Positions 25,201 through 38,555 of a stretch of DNA of 64,000 nucleotides are shown here, one piece after another. Both the position numbers and the translations under genes were made by a program. A model generated the notes under the pieces. The model worked only from the letters and a program-made list of their open reading frames with translations, was not told the origin of the DNA and did no database searches. Each line of letters starts with the position of its first letter. Positions within the stretch are counted from its first letter, which is position 1. The DNA comes from Malacoraja senta. Taxonomy: Eukaryota. The stretch is from assembly GCA_038087875.1 (NCBI GenBank), contig JAXLNO010000252.1, positions 186,001 to 250,000 of the forward strand, written 5' to 3'.

Positions 25201-28200
25201 ATTGAAAAGTTGGTTTGAAAATGCTAAGTTTGCCTTGCCTAATTGAAAAGTTGGTTTGAGAATGCTAAGGTTGCCTTGCCTAATTAAAAAGTTGGTTTGA
25301 GAATGCCTTGCCTGATTGAAAAGTTGGTTTGAGAATGCTAAAGTTGCCTTGCCTCATTGAAAAGTTTGTTTGAGAATGCTAAAGTTGCCTTGCCTTGCCT
25401 AATTGAAAAGTTGGTTTGAGAATGCTAAAGTTGCCTTGCCTAATTGAAAAGTTGATTTCAGAATGCCAAAGATGCCTTGCCAAATTGAAAAGTTGGTTTG
25501 AGAATGCTAAAGTTGCCTTGCCTAATTGAAAAGTTGGTTTGAGAATGCTAAAGTTGACTTGCCTAATTGAAAAGTTGGTTTGAGAATTCAAAAGTTGCCT
25601 TGCCTATTTGAAAAGTTGGTTTGAGAATGCAAAAGTTGCCTTGCCTGATTGAAAGGTTTGTTTGAGAATGCTTTGACTAATTGAATGGTTAATTTGAGAA
25701 TGCCTTGCCTGATTGAAAAGTTGGTTTGAGAATGCTAAAGTTACCTTGCCTAATTGAAAAGTTGGTTTGAGAATACAAACATTGTCTTGTCTATTTGAAA
25801 AGTTAGTTTGAGAATGCAAAAGTTTCCTTGCCTAATTGAAAAGGTGGTTTGAGAATGCTTTGCGTAATTGAAAAGTTGATTTGAGAATGCCTTGCCTAAT
25901 TGAAAAATTGGATTGAGAATGCTAAGGTTGCCTTGCCTAATTGAAAAGTTGGTTTGAGAATGCTAAGGTTGCCTTGCCTAATTGAAAAGTTGGTTTGAGA
26001 ATGCTCAGGTTGCCTTGCCTAATTGCAAAGTTGTTTTGAGAATGCAAAAGTTGCCTTGTCTATTTGAAAAGTTGGTTTGAGAATGCTAAGGTTGCCTTGC
26101 CTAATTGAAAAGGTGGTTTGAGAATGATAAAGTTGCCCAATTGAAAAGTTGGTTTGAGAATGCAGAAGTTGCCTTGACTAATTGAAAAGTTGGTTTGAGA
26201 ATGCTCAAGTTGCCTTGCCTAATTGAACAGTTGGGTTGAGAATTCAAAAGTTGCCTTGCCTAATTGAAAAGTTGGTTTGAGAATGCTTTGCCTGATTGAA
26301 AAGTTGATTTGAGAATGCCTTGCCTAATTTAAAAGTTGGTTTGAGAATGCAAAAGTTGCCTTGCCTAATTGAAAAGTTGGTTTGTGAATGCTTTGCCTAA
26401 TTGAAAAGTTGATTTGAGAATGCCTTGCCTAATTGAAAAGATGGTTTGAAAATGCTAAGGTTGCCTTGTCTAATTGAAAAGTTGGTTTGAGAATGCTAAG
26501 GTTGCCTTGCCTAATTGAAAAGTTGGTTTGAGAATGCAAAAGTTGCCTTGCCTGATTGAAATGTTCGTTTGAGAATGCTTTGCCTAATTGAAAGGTTAAT
26601 TTGAGAATGCCTTGCCTGATTTTAAAGTTGGTTTGAGAATGCTAAAGTTGCCTTGCCTGATTGAAAAGTTGGTTTGAGAATGCTAAAGTTGCCTTGCCTA
26701 ATTGAAAAGTTGGTTTGAGAATGCAAAAGTTGCCTTGCCTAATTGAAAAGTTGGTTTGAGAATGCGAAAGTTGCCTTGCCTAATTGAAAAGTTTGTTTGA
26801 GAGTGGCAAAGTTGCCTTGCCTGATTGAAAAGTTGGTTTGAGAATGCGAAAGTTGCCTTGCCTAATTGAAAAGTTTGCTTGAGAATGGCAAATTTGCCTT
26901 GCCTAATTGAAAAGTTGGTTTGTGAATGCTAAAGTTGCCTTGCCTAATTGAAAAGTTGTTTAGAGAATCCCAAAGTTGCCGTGCTTAATTGAAAAGTTGG
27001 TTTGAGAATGCTTTGCCTAATTAAAAAGTTGGTTTGAGAATTCTAAGGTTGCCTTGCCTAATTGAAAATTTGGTTTGAGAATGCTAAAGTTGCCTTACCT
27101 AATTGAAAAGGTGTTTTGAGAATGCAAAAGTTGCCTTGCCTATTTGAAAAGTTGTTTTGAGAATTCAAAAGTTGCCTTGCCTATTTGAAAAGTTGGTTTG
27201 AGAATGCAAAAGTTGCCTTGCCTGATTGAAAAGTTTGTTTGAGAAGGCTTTGACTAATTGAAAGGTTAATTTGAGAATGCCTTGCCTGATTGAAAAGTTG
27301 GTTTGAGAATGCTAAAGTTGCCTTGCCTAATTGAAAAGTTGGTTTGAGAATACAAACGTTGCCTTGTCTATTTGAAAAGTTAGTTTGATAATGCAAAAGT
27401 TGCCTTGCCTAATTGAAAAGGTGGTTTGAGAATGCTTTGCCTAATTGAAAAGTTGATTTGAGAATGCCTTGCCTAATTGAAAAATTGGATTGAGAATGCT
27501 AAGGTTGCCTTGCCTAATTGAAAAGTTGGTTTGAGAATGCTAAGGTTGCCTTGCCTAATTTATAAGTTGGTTTGAGAATGCTAAAGTTGCCTTGCCTAAT
27601 TGAAAAGTTGGTTTGAGAATGCAAAAGTTGCCTTGCCTAATTGAAAAGTTGGTTTGAGAAGGCAAACGTTGCCTGGCCTAATTGAAAAGGTGGTTTGAGA
27701 ATGCTTTGCCTGATTGAAAAGTTGATTTGAGAATGCCTTGCCTATTTGAAAAGTTGGTTTGAGAATGCAAAAGTTGCCTTGCCTAATTGAAAAATTGGTT
27801 TGAGAATGCTTTGCCTAATTGAAAAGTTGATTTGAGAATGCCTTGATAAATTGAAAAGTTGGTTTGAGAATGATTTGCCTAATTGTAAAGTTGATTTGAG
27901 AATCTCAAAGTTGCCTTGTCTAATTGAAAAGTTGGTTTGAGAATGCCAAAGTTGCCTTGCCTAATTGAAAAGTTGGTTTGAGAATGGAAAAGTTGCCTTT
28001 CGTATTTGAAACGTTGGTTTGAGAATGCTAAATTTCCCTTGCCTAATTGAAAAGTTGGTTTGGGAATGCCAAAGTTGCCTTGCCTAATTGAAAAGTTAGT
28101 TTGAGAATTCAAAAGTTGCCTTGCCTATTTGAAAAGTTGGTTTGAGAATGTAAAAGTTGCCTTGCCTAATTTAAAAGTGGGTTTGAGAATGCTAAAGTTG

Positions 28201-31200
28201 CCTTGCCTAATTGAAAAGTTGGTTTGAGAATGATTTGCCTAATTGAAAAGTTGATTTGAGAATGCCTTGCCTAATTGAAAAGTTGGTTTGAGAATGCTAA
28301 GGTTGCCTTGCCTAATTGAAAAGTTGGTTTGAGAATGCTAACGTTGCCTTGCCTAATTGATAAATTGGTTTGAGAATGCTCAGGTTGCCTTGCCTAATTG
28401 AAAACTTGGTTTGAGAATGCTAAAGTTGCCTTGCCTAATTGAAAAGTTGGTTTGAGAATGCTAAAGTTGCCTAGCAAAATTGAAAAGTTGGTTTGAGAAT
28501 GCTTTGCCTAATTGAAAAGTTGATTTGAGAATGCCTTGCCTGATTGAAAAGTTGGTTTGAGAATGCTAAAGTTGCCTTGCCTAATTGTAAAGTTGGTTTG
28601 AAAATGCAAAAGTTGCCTCGCCTAATTCAAATGTTGGTTTGAGAATGCTAGTTTCCTTGACATTCAAAATTGAAAAGTTGGTTTGAGAATGCTAAAGTGG
28701 CCTTGCCTAATTGAAAAGTTGGTTTCAGAATGCCAAAGATGCCTTGCCTAATTAAAAAGTTGGTTTGAAAATGCTAAATTTGCCTTGCCTAATTGAAAAG
28801 TTGGTTTGAGAATTCTTTTTTTTTTTTTATTTTTATTTATTAGAAGTACATTACATTACAACCACATACATTAATACTCGTCATTTATATCATCTTACAA
28901 TTAATGTACTCCCTTTATTTATTTTTTTACACTAGAGAAAGAAAAGATTGAAAGAGAGAAGAAAGTGAAGGAAAAAGTGCAAGTGTAGAAAAGTGTAGAA
29001 AATGTAACAACAAAAAAGACGAAGACCCTATAAGAGGGAAATTAAAAACAAAAAGAAAAAGAGTTAAGAAATAGGCCCTAAGAAAAGAAAAGAGAAAGAG
29101 AAAAAAAAGAGAAACAAATGTTTTTTTTTTGAGCATCACGTAAATAGGACATACCAACTCTTCAACTATCATCCCCCCTTAACCGACCTCAATTTTTTAT
29201 TTTTTTTTAAAGTACTTTTGCACCCTATGTTTGTAATAATTCTATAAATGCAGACCACGTCAGGTGGAAGTGATCTGGTTTACCTGCTAGGAGGAGTCTT
29301 ATCTCTTCAAGGTGTAATGGTTTGAGAATTCAAAAGTTGCCTTGCCTATTTGAAAAGTTGTTTTGAGAATGCAAAAGTTGCCTTGCCTGATTGAAAAGTT
29401 GGTTTGAGAATGCAAATGTTGCGTTGCCTAATTAAAAAGTTGGTTTGAGAATGCGAAAGTGCCTTGCCTTATTGAAAAGTTGGTTTGAGAATGCTAAAGT
29501 TGCCTTGCCTAATTGAAAAGTTGGTTTTAGAATGCAAACATTGCCTTGTCTATTTGAAAAGTTAGTTTGAGAATGCAAAAGTTGCCTTGCCTAATTGAAA
29601 AGGTGGTTTGAGAATGATTTGCCTAATTGAAAAGTTGATTTGAGAATGCCTTGCCTGTTTGAAAAGTTGGTTTGAGAATGCTAAGGTTACCTTGCCTAAT
29701 TGAAAAGTTGGTTTGAGAATGCTTTGCCTGATTCAAAAGTTGATTTGAGAATGCCTTGCCTATTTGAAAAGTTGGTTTGAGAATGCAAAAGTTGCCTTTT
29801 CTAATTGAAAAGTTGGTTTGAGAATGCCTTGCCTAATTGAAAAGTTGGTTTGAGAATGATTTGCCTAATTGAAAAGTTGATTTGAGAATGCCTTGCCTAA
29901 TTGAAAAGTTGGTTTGAGAATGCTAAGGTTGCCTTGCCTAATTGAAAAGTTGTTTTGAGAATGCTAAAGTTGCCTTGCCTAATTGAAAAGTTGGTTTGAA
30001 AATGCAAAAGTTGCCTTCCTAATTGAAAAGTTGATTTGAGAATGCTGAAATTGCCTTGCCTAATTGAAAAGTTGGTTTGAGAATGCAAAAGTTGCCTTGC
30101 CTAATTGATAGGTTGGTTTGAGAATGCTTTGCCCGATTGAAAAGTTGATTTCAGAATGCCTTGCCTATTTGAAAAGTTGGTTTGAGAATGCAAAAGTTCC
30201 CTTGCCTAATTGAAAAGTTGGTTTAAGAATGCTTTGCCTAATTGAAAAGTTGATTTGAGAATGCCTTGCCTAATTGAAAAGTTCGTTTGAGAATGCTAAG
30301 GTTGCCTAGCCTAATTGAAAAGTTGGTTTGAGAATGCTAAGGTTGCCTTGCCTAATTTAAAAGTCGGTTTGAGAATGCTAAGGTTGCCTTGCCTAATTGA
30401 AAAGTTGGTTTGAGAATGCCTTGCCTGATTGAAAAGTTGGTTTGAGAATGCTAAAGTTGCCTTGCCTTATTGGATATGTTGGTTTGAAAATGCTAAAGTT
30501 GCCTTACCTTGCCTAATTGAAAAGTTGGTTTGAGAATGCTAAAGTTGCCTTGCCTAATTGAAAAGTTGGTTTGAGAATGCCAAAGTTGCATTGCCTAATT
30601 GAAAAGTTGGTTTGAGAATGCCAAAGTTGCCTTGCCTAATTGAAAATTGGGTTTGAGAATGCTAAAGTTGCCTTGCATAATTGAAAAGTTGGTTTGAGAA
30701 TGCCAAAGTTGCCTTGCCAAATTGAAAAGTTGGTTTGAGAAGGCAAACGTTGCCTTGTCTATTTGAAAAGTTGGTTTGAGAATGCAAATGTTGCCTTGCC
30801 TAATTGAAAAGGTGGTTTGAGAATGCTTTGCCTGATTGAAAAGTTGATTTGAGAATGCCTTCCCTATTTGAAAAGTTGGTTTGAGAATGCAAAAGTTGCC
30901 TTGCCTTATTGAAAAGTTGGTTTGAGAATGCTAAGGTTGCCTTCCCTAAATAAAAGTTGGTTTGAGAATGCTAAGGTTGCCTTGCCTAATTGAAAAGTTG
31001 GTTTGAGAATGCTTTGCCTAATTGAAAAGTTGATTTGAGATTGCCTTGCCTAATTGAAAAGTTGGTTTGAGAATGCTTTTCCTAATTGAAAAGTTGATTT
31101 GAGAATGCCTTGCCTAATTGAAAAGTTGGATTGAGAATGCTATGGTTGCCTTGCCTAATTGGAAAGTTGGTTTCAGAATGCTAAGGTTGCCTTGCCTAAT

Positions 31201-34200
31201 TGAAAAGTTGGTTTGAGAATGCTAAGGTTGTCTTGCCTAATTGAAAAGTTGGTTTGAGAATGCTAAAGTTGCCTTGCCTAATTGAAAAGTTGATTTGAGA
31301 ATGCGAAAGTTGCCTTGCCTAATTGTAAAGTTAGTTTGAGAAGGCAAACGTTGCCTTGTCTATTGGAAATGTTGGTTTGAGATTGCAAACGTTGCCTTGC
31401 CTAATTGAAAAGGTGGTTTAAGAATGCTTTGCCTGATTGAAAAGTTGATTTGAGAATGCCTTGCCTAATTTAAAAGTTGGTTTGAGAATGCTAAGGTTGC
31501 CTTCCCTAAATAAAAGTTGGTTTGAGAATGTTAAGGTTGCCTTGCCTAATTGAAAAGTTGGTTTGAGAATGCTTTGCCTAATTGAAAAGTTGATTTGAGA
31601 ATGCCTTGCCTAATTGAAAAGTTGGTTTGAGAATGCTTTGCCTAATTGAAAAGTTGATTTGAGAATGCCTTGCCTAACTGAAAAATTGGATTGAGAATGC
31701 TACGGTTGCCTTCCCTAATTGAAAAGTTGGTTTGAGAATGCTAAAGCTGCCTTGCCTAATTGAAAAGTTGGTTTCATAATGCCAAAGTTGCCTTGCCTAA
31801 TTGAAAAGTTGGTTTAAGAATGCTAAAGTTGCCTTGCCTAATTGAAAAGTTGGTTTGAGAATGCCAAAGTTGCCGTGCCTAATTGAAAAGTTGGTTTGAG
31901 AATGCAAAAGTTGCTTTGCCTATTTGAAATGTTGGTTTGAGAATACAAAAGTTGCCTTGCCTATTTGAAAAGTTGGTTTGAGAATACTTTGCTGAATTGA
32001 AAAGTTGATTTGAGAATGCTTTGCCTAATTGAAAAGTTGGATTGAGAATGCTACGGTTGCCTTGCCTAATTGAAAAGTTGGTTTCAGAATGCTAAAGTAG
32101 CCTTGCCTAATTGAAAAGTTGGTTTGGGAATGCTAACGTTGTCTTGCCTATTGAAAAGTTGGTTTGAGAATGCTAAAGTTGCCTTGCGTAATTGAAAAGT
32201 TGGTTTGAGAATGGAAAAGTTGCCTTGCCTGATTGAAAAGTTGATTTGAGAATGCCTTGCCTATTTGAAAAGTTGGTTTGAGAATGCAAAAGTTGCCTTG
32301 CCTGATTGAAAAGTTTGTATGAGAATGGAAAAGTTGCCTTGCCTGATTGAAAAGTTGATTTGAGAATGCCTTGCCTATTTGAAAAGTTGGTTTGGGAATG
32401 CTAACGTTGTCTTGCCTATTGAAAAGTTGGTTTGAGAATGCTAAAGTTGCCTTGCGTAATTGAAAAGTTGGTTTGAGAATGGAAAAGTTGCCTTGCCTGA
32501 TTGAAAAGTTGATTTGAGAATGCCTTGCCTATTTGAAAAGTTGGTTTGAGAATGCAAAAGTTGCCTTGCCTGATTGAAAAGTTTGTATGAGAATGCTAAA
32601 GTAGCCTTGCCTAATTGAAAAGTTGGTTTGGGAATGCTAACGTTGTCTTGCCTATTGAAAAGTTGGTTTGAGAATGCTAAAGTTGCCTTGCGTAATTGAA
32701 AAGTTGGTTTGAGAATGGAAAAGTTGCCTTGCCTGATTGAAAAGTTGATTTGAGAATGCCTTGCCTATTTGAAAAGTTGGTTTGAGAATGCAAAAGTTGC
32801 CTTGCCCAATTGAAAAGTTGGTTTGAGAATGCTTTGCCTAATTGAAAAGTTGATTTGATAATGCCTTGCCTAATTGAAAAGTTGGATTGAGAATGCTACA
32901 GTTGCCTTGCCTAATTGAAAAGTTGGTTTGAGAATGCTAAGGTTGCCTTGCCTAATTGAAAAGTTGGTTTGAGAATGCATTGCCTGATTGAAAAGTTGAT
33001 TTCAGAATGCCTTGCCTATTTGAAAAGTTGGTTTGATAATGCAAAGGTTGCCTTGCCTATTTGAAAAGTTTGTTTGAGAATGCCAAAGTTGCCTTGGCTA
33101 ATTGAAAATTTGGTTTGAGAATTCAAAAGTTGCCTTGCCTGATTGAAAATTTCGTTTGAGAATGCTTTGCCTAATTGAAAGGTTAATTTGAGAATGCCTT
33201 GCCTAATTGAAAAGTTGGTTTGAGAATGCGAAAGTTGCCTTGCCTAATTGAAAAGTTTGTTTGAGAATGCAAACGTTGCCTTGTCTATTTGAAATGTTAG
33301 TTTGAGAATGCAAAAGTTGCCTTGCCTAATTGAAAAGGTGGTTTGAGAATGATTTGCCTAATTGAAAAGTTGATTTGAGAATACCTTGCCTGTTTGAAAA
33401 GTTGGTTTGAGAATGCTAAGGTTACCTTGCCTAATTGAAAAGTTGGTTTGAGAATGCGTTGCCTGATTGAAAAGTTGATTTGAGAATGCCTTGCCTATTT
33501 GAAAAGTTGGTTTGAGAATGCAAAAGTTGCCTTGTCTAATTGAAAAGTTGGTTTGAGAATGCCTTGCCTAATTGAAAAGTTGGTTTGAGAATGATTTGCC
33601 TAATTGAAAAGTTGATTTGAGAATGCCTTGCCTAATTGAAAAGTTGGTTTGAGAAAGCTAAGGTTGCCTTGCCTAATTGAAAAGTTGTTTTGAGAATGCT
33701 AAAGTAGCCTTGCCTAATTGAAAAGTTGGTTTGAAAATGCAAAAGTTGCCTTCCTAATTGAAAAGTTGGTTTGAGAATGCTGAAGTTGCCTTGCCTAATT
33801 GAAAAGTTGGTTTGAGAATGCTAAAGTTGCCTTGCCTAATTGAAAAGTTGGTTTGAGAATGCAAAAGTTGCTTTGCCTAATTGACAGGTTGGTTTGAGAA
33901 TGCTTTGCCCGATTGAAAAGTTGATTTCAGAATGCCTTGCCTATTTGAAAAGTTGGTTTGAGAATGCAAAAGTTGCCTTGCCTAATTGAAAAGTTGGTTT
34001 AAGAATGCTTTGCCTAATTGAAAAGTTGATTTGAGAATGCCTTGCCTAATTGAAAAGTTCGTTTGAGAATGCTAAGGTTGCCTAGCCTAATTGAAAAGTT
34101 GGTTTGAGAATGCTAAGGTTGCCTTGCCTAAGTTAAAAGTCGGTTTGAGAATGCTAAGGTTGCCTTGCCTAATTGAAAAGTTGGTTTGAGAATGCCTTGC

Positions 34201-36792
34201 CTGATTGAAAAGATGGTTTGAGAATGCTAAAGTTGCCTTGCCTTATTGGATATGTTGGTTTGAAAATGCTAAAGTTGCCTTGCCTTGCCTAATTGAAAAG
34301 TTGGTTTGAGAATGCTAAAGTTGCCTTGCCTAATTGAAAAGTTGGTTTGAGAATGCCAAAGTTGCATTGCCTAATTGAAAAGTTGGTTTGAGAATGCCAA
34401 AGTTGCCTTGCCTAATTGAAAATTGGGTTTGAGAATGCTAAAGTTGCCTTGCATAATTGAAAAGTTGGTTTGAGAATGCCAAAGTTGCCTTGCCAAATTG
34501 AAAAGTTGGTTTGAGAAGGCAAACGTTGCCTTGTCTATTTGAAAAGTTGGTTTGAGAATGCAAATGTTGCCTTGCCTAATTGAAAAGGTGGTTTGAGAAT
34601 GCTTTGCCTGATTGAAAAGTTGATTTGAGAATGCCTTCCCTATTTGAAAAGTTGGTTTGAGAATGCAAAAGTTGCCTTGCCTTATTGAAAAGTTGGTTTG
34701 AGAATGCTAAGGTTGAATTCCCTAAATAAAAGTTGGTTTGAGAATGCTAAGGTTGCCTTGCCTAATTGAAAAGTTGGTTTGAGAATGCTTTGCCTAATTG
34801 AAAAGTTGATTTGAGATTGCCTTGCCTAATTGAAAAGTTGGTTTGAGAATGCTTTTCCTAATTGAAAAGTTGATTTGAGAATGCCTTGCCTAATTGGAAA
34901 GTTGGATTGAGAATGCTATGGTTGCCTTGCCTAATTGAAAAGTTGGTTTCAGAATGCTAAGGTTGCCTTGCCTAATTGAAAAGTTGGTTTGAGAATGCTA
35001 AGGTTGTCTTGCCTAATTGAAAAGTTGGTTTGAGAAGGCAAACGTTCCCTTGTCTATTGGAAATGTTGGTTTGAGATTGCAAACTTTGCCTTGCCTAATT
35101 GAAAAGGTGGTTTAAGAATGCTTTGCCTGATTGAAAAGTTGATTTGAGAATGCCTTGCCTAATTGAAAAGTTGGTTTGAGAATGCTAAGGTTGCCTTCCC
35201 TAAATAAAAGTTGGTTTGAGAATGTTAAGGTTGCCTTGCCTAATTAAAAAGTTGGTTTGATAATGCTTTGCCCAATTGAAAAGTTGATTTGAGAATGCCT
35301 TGCCTATTTGAAAAGTTGGTTTGAGAATGCAAAAGTTGCCTTGCCTAATTGAAAAGTTGGTTTGAGAATGCTTTGCCTAATTGAAAAGTTGATTTGAGAA
35401 TGCCTTGCCTAACTGAAAAGTTGGATTGAGAATGCTACGGTTGCCTTCCCTAATTGAAAAGTTGGTTTGAGAATGCTAAAGCTGCCTTGCCTAATTGAAA
35501 AGTTGGTTTCATAATGCCAAAGTTGCCTTGCCTAATTGAAAAGTTGGTTTGAGAATGCTAAAGTTGCCTTGCTTAATTGAAAAGTTGATTTGAGAATGCG
35601 AAAGTTGCCTTGCCTAATTGAAAAGTTGGTTTCATAATGCCAAAGGTGCCTTGCCTAATTGAAAAGTTGGTTTGAGAATGCGAAAGTTGCCTTGCCTAAT
35701 TGAAAAGTTGGTTTGAGAATGCCAAAGTTGCCTTGCCTAATTGAAAAGTTGGTTTAAGAATGCTAAAGTTGCCTTGCCTAATTGAAAAGTTGGTTTGAGA
35801 ATGTCAAAGTTGCCGTGCCTAATTGATTTGAGAATGCCTTGCCTAATTGAAAAGTTGGATTGAGAATGCTATGGTTGCCTTGCCTAATTGAAAAGTTGGT
35901 TTCAGAATGCTAAGGTTGCCTTGCCTAATTGAAAAGTTGGTTTGAGAATGCTAAGGTTGTCTTGCCTAATTGAAAAGTTGGTTTGAGAATGCTAAAGTTG
36001 CCTTGCCTTGCCTAATTGAAAAGTTGGTTTGAGAATGCTAAAGTTACCTTGCCTAATTGAAAAGTTGGTTTGACAATGCAAAAGTTGCCTTGCCTATTTG
36101 AAAAGTTGGTTTGAGAATGCTAAAGTTGCCTTGCCTAATTGAAACGTTCGTTTGAGAATGCTTTGCCTAATTGAAAGGTTGATTTGAGAATGCCTTGCCT
36201 ATTTGAAAAGTTGTTTTGAGTAATCTTTGCCTAATTGAAAAGATGATTTGAGTATGCCTTGCCAAACTGAAAAGTTGGTTTGAGAATGCTAAGGTTGCCT
36301 TGTCTAATTGAAAAGTTGGTTTGAGAATGCTAAGGTTAACTTGCCTAATTGAAAAGTTGGTTTGAGAATGCTAAAGTTGCCTTGCCTAATTGAAAAGTTG
36401 GTTTGAGAATGCTAAAGATGCCTTGCAAAATTGAAAAGTTGGTTTGAGTATGCTTTGCCTAATTGAAAGGTTGATTTGAGAACGCCTTGCCTGATTGAAA
36501 AGTTTGTTTGAGAATGCTAAAGTTGCCTTGCCTAATTGAAAAGTTGGTTTGAGAATGCTAAAGTTGCCTTGCCTAATTGAAAAGTTCGTTTGAGAATGCT
36601 TTGTATAATTGAAAAGTTGATTTGAGAATGCCTTGCCTGATTGAAAAGTTGGTTTGAGAATGCTAAAGTTGCCTTGCCTAATTGAAAAGTTGGTTTGAGA
36701 ATGCAAAAATTGCCTTGCCTAATTGAAACGTTGATTTGAGAATGCCTTGCCTAATTGAAAAGTTGGTTTGAGAATGCCAAAGTTGCCTTGCC
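13238..36792 (+). repeat. Satellite array of 41-bp monomers interspersed with 32-bp variants (about 23.5 kb)
   Basis: 41-mer GCCTAATTGAAAAGTTGGTTTGAGAATGCTAAAGTTGCCTT and 32-mer GCCTAATTGAAAAGTTGATTTGAGAATGCCTT. Confidence 0.98.
28816..29317 (-). mobile_element. 5'-truncated L1-clade LINE with poly(A) tail and 14-bp TSD
   Basis: ORF2-like C-terminus LHLEEIRLLLAGKPDHFHLTWSAFIELLQT*, T-rich 3' UTR, AATAAA and poly(A). The TSD TGGTTTGAGAATTC lies at 28802-28815 and 29318-29331. Confidence 0.85.
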
Positions 36793-36793
36793 G

Positions 36794-37614
36794 TCTATAT
36801 AATTAAAAGTCTAATCTTGACCACTTCCTATTTGCGCTGTATATTGATTTTAGGAAAAACGCTACTATGTACGGCTGTGATTTTTGGCCATCTTACTCAG
36901 TGTCCCCCTCCGCTCATCAGGTGCCGAAGATTTTTCCCATCGTTGAAAAGTAAAAGAATTATTAGTGTTAAAAATTTTGAGATTCTCTCTCCTGTCAATC
37001 ATGCCATGAAGGCCACGCCCCTTCTGTTGGGAGGGGAGAGGGACTATAAAACCCAGAAGTGTGGGCGTGGCTCAGTCTCTGCAAGATGGAGGAGGGAGAG
37101 GTCATGACTCGCTGTCTTTAGTGGCCTTGCACCCTGCTTAAAATAATATGAAACTGCACTTGAATTTGGTGGCCTTGCACCCTGCTTGAAGTGGTAAGAA
37201 ACTGCACTTGAATTTGGTGGCCTTGCACCCGGCTTGAAATGGTATGAAACTGCCCTTGAATTTGGTGGCCTTGCACCCTGCTTGAAGTGGTAAGAAACTG
37301 CACTTGAATTTGGTGGCCTTGCACCCTACTTGAAATGGAATTTCAAGGAATAGCCGTGAGTCAACTACCAGCCCACCAGCCGTGAGTGAGTGAGCTGCTA
37401 GCACAACAGGTTTGAGTGACTGAGCAGCCAGCCCAAGAATCCATTCGGCCCACAATGTCCATACTAGTCCTCTGGAAACCAGTCCCTTCAACCCACAACA
37501 CCCATACTAGCGCTCCAGAAAGCCCCCCCCCACTGGCCACCAATATTGGAATTGGTGGAGAGGTAGAATATTGCGTTGGGGGACCAGCCATCCCGTGTGA
37601 TGCTGGGACCCAAC
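36794..37614 (+). mobile_element. Non-autonomous Helitron, 3'-truncated, with an internal 48-bp tandem array
   Basis: 5' end TCTATATAATTAAAAGTCTAATCTTGACC. The 3' part is homologous to the element at 40292-41197 but stops midway through the hairpin (GGGACCCAAC). The 48-bp repeats lie at about 37120-37340. Confidence 0.75.
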
Positions 37615-37689
37615 TACCTGCACTCAGACCATAACCCTCCATTCCTTTCCTGTCCATATACCTATTGTATATGGACAGGAAAGGGTGGG

Positions 37690-38146
37690 GGAGGGGTACT
37701 GATTGTGGAAGGAGATTGAAAAGACTAGGCTTGTATTCACTGGAGTTTAGAAGGATGAGGGGGGGGTCTTATAGAAACATATAAAATTATAAAAGGACTG
37801 GACAAGCTAGATGCAGGAAAAATGTTCCCAATGTTGGGCGAGTCCAGAACCAGGGGCACAGTCTTAGAATATAGGGGAGGCCTTTTAAGACTGAGGTGAG
37901 AACAAACTTTTTCACCCAGAGTTGTGAATTTGTGGAATTCCCTGCCACAGAGTGCAGTGGAAGCCAAATCACTGGATGGATTTAAGAGAGAGTTAGATAG
38001 AGCTCTAGGGGCTAGTGGAATCAAGGGATATGGGGATAAGGCAGGCACGGGTTATTGATTGGGGACGATCAGCCATGATCACAATGAATGGTGGTGCTGG
38101 CTCGAAGGGCCGAATAGCCTCCTCCTGCACCTATTGTCTATTGTCT
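37690..38146 (+). mobile_element. CR1 3' end
   Basis: LGLYSLEFRRM..KIIKGLD..SRTRG-type coding remnant and a TATTGTC tail. Confidence 0.85.
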
Positions 38147-38177
38147 GTAACAGTTATAAAAACACAAGATACGAAAC

Positions 38178-38490
38178 ATGAATTGAATTGAATAAATTTT
38201 ATGAGCGATGTATATTCACATACAAGGAATTTGCCTTGGTGCTCCGCCCGCAAGCAAAACATGATATACCGTAGACAAATTAAAAATAGAACATTATAAT
38301 TTAAACATGTGAAGAATGAAACAAAATACCAGAGCAAAAGGAGGCTACAGGTTTTTGGTTATTGAGTAGAGCTACTACTCGTGGAAAAAAAGCTGTTATG
38401 TCTGGCTGTGGCGGCTTTGACAGTCCGGAGTCGCCTTCCAGAGGGAAGTGATTCAAAGAGTTTGTGGCCAGGGTGAGAGGGGTCAGAGAT
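38178..38490 (-). mobile_element. Rex1/Babar 3' end
   Basis: Homologous to 3870-4025 and 40080-40250, ending in a short (ATTCA)n tail. Confidence 0.8.
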
Positions 38491-38555
38491 TTCCGCGCTG
38501 TATCTCGAAACTGAACTAAACTCTCCTGATTCTTGCGCCCCTCCCCCACCCTCAC

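Noticed and set aside
28927..29172. 81-aa hydrophobic membrane-protein-like ORF (also 58158-58403)
   Set aside because: T-rich 3' UTR of the L1 insertion.
13238..36792. CRISPR-like array or repeated short ORFs (MHSQTNFSIRQGNF..)
   Set aside because: Head-to-tail tandem monomers with no unique spacers and no cas genes in a eukaryotic context; the ORFs are translations of the satellite.
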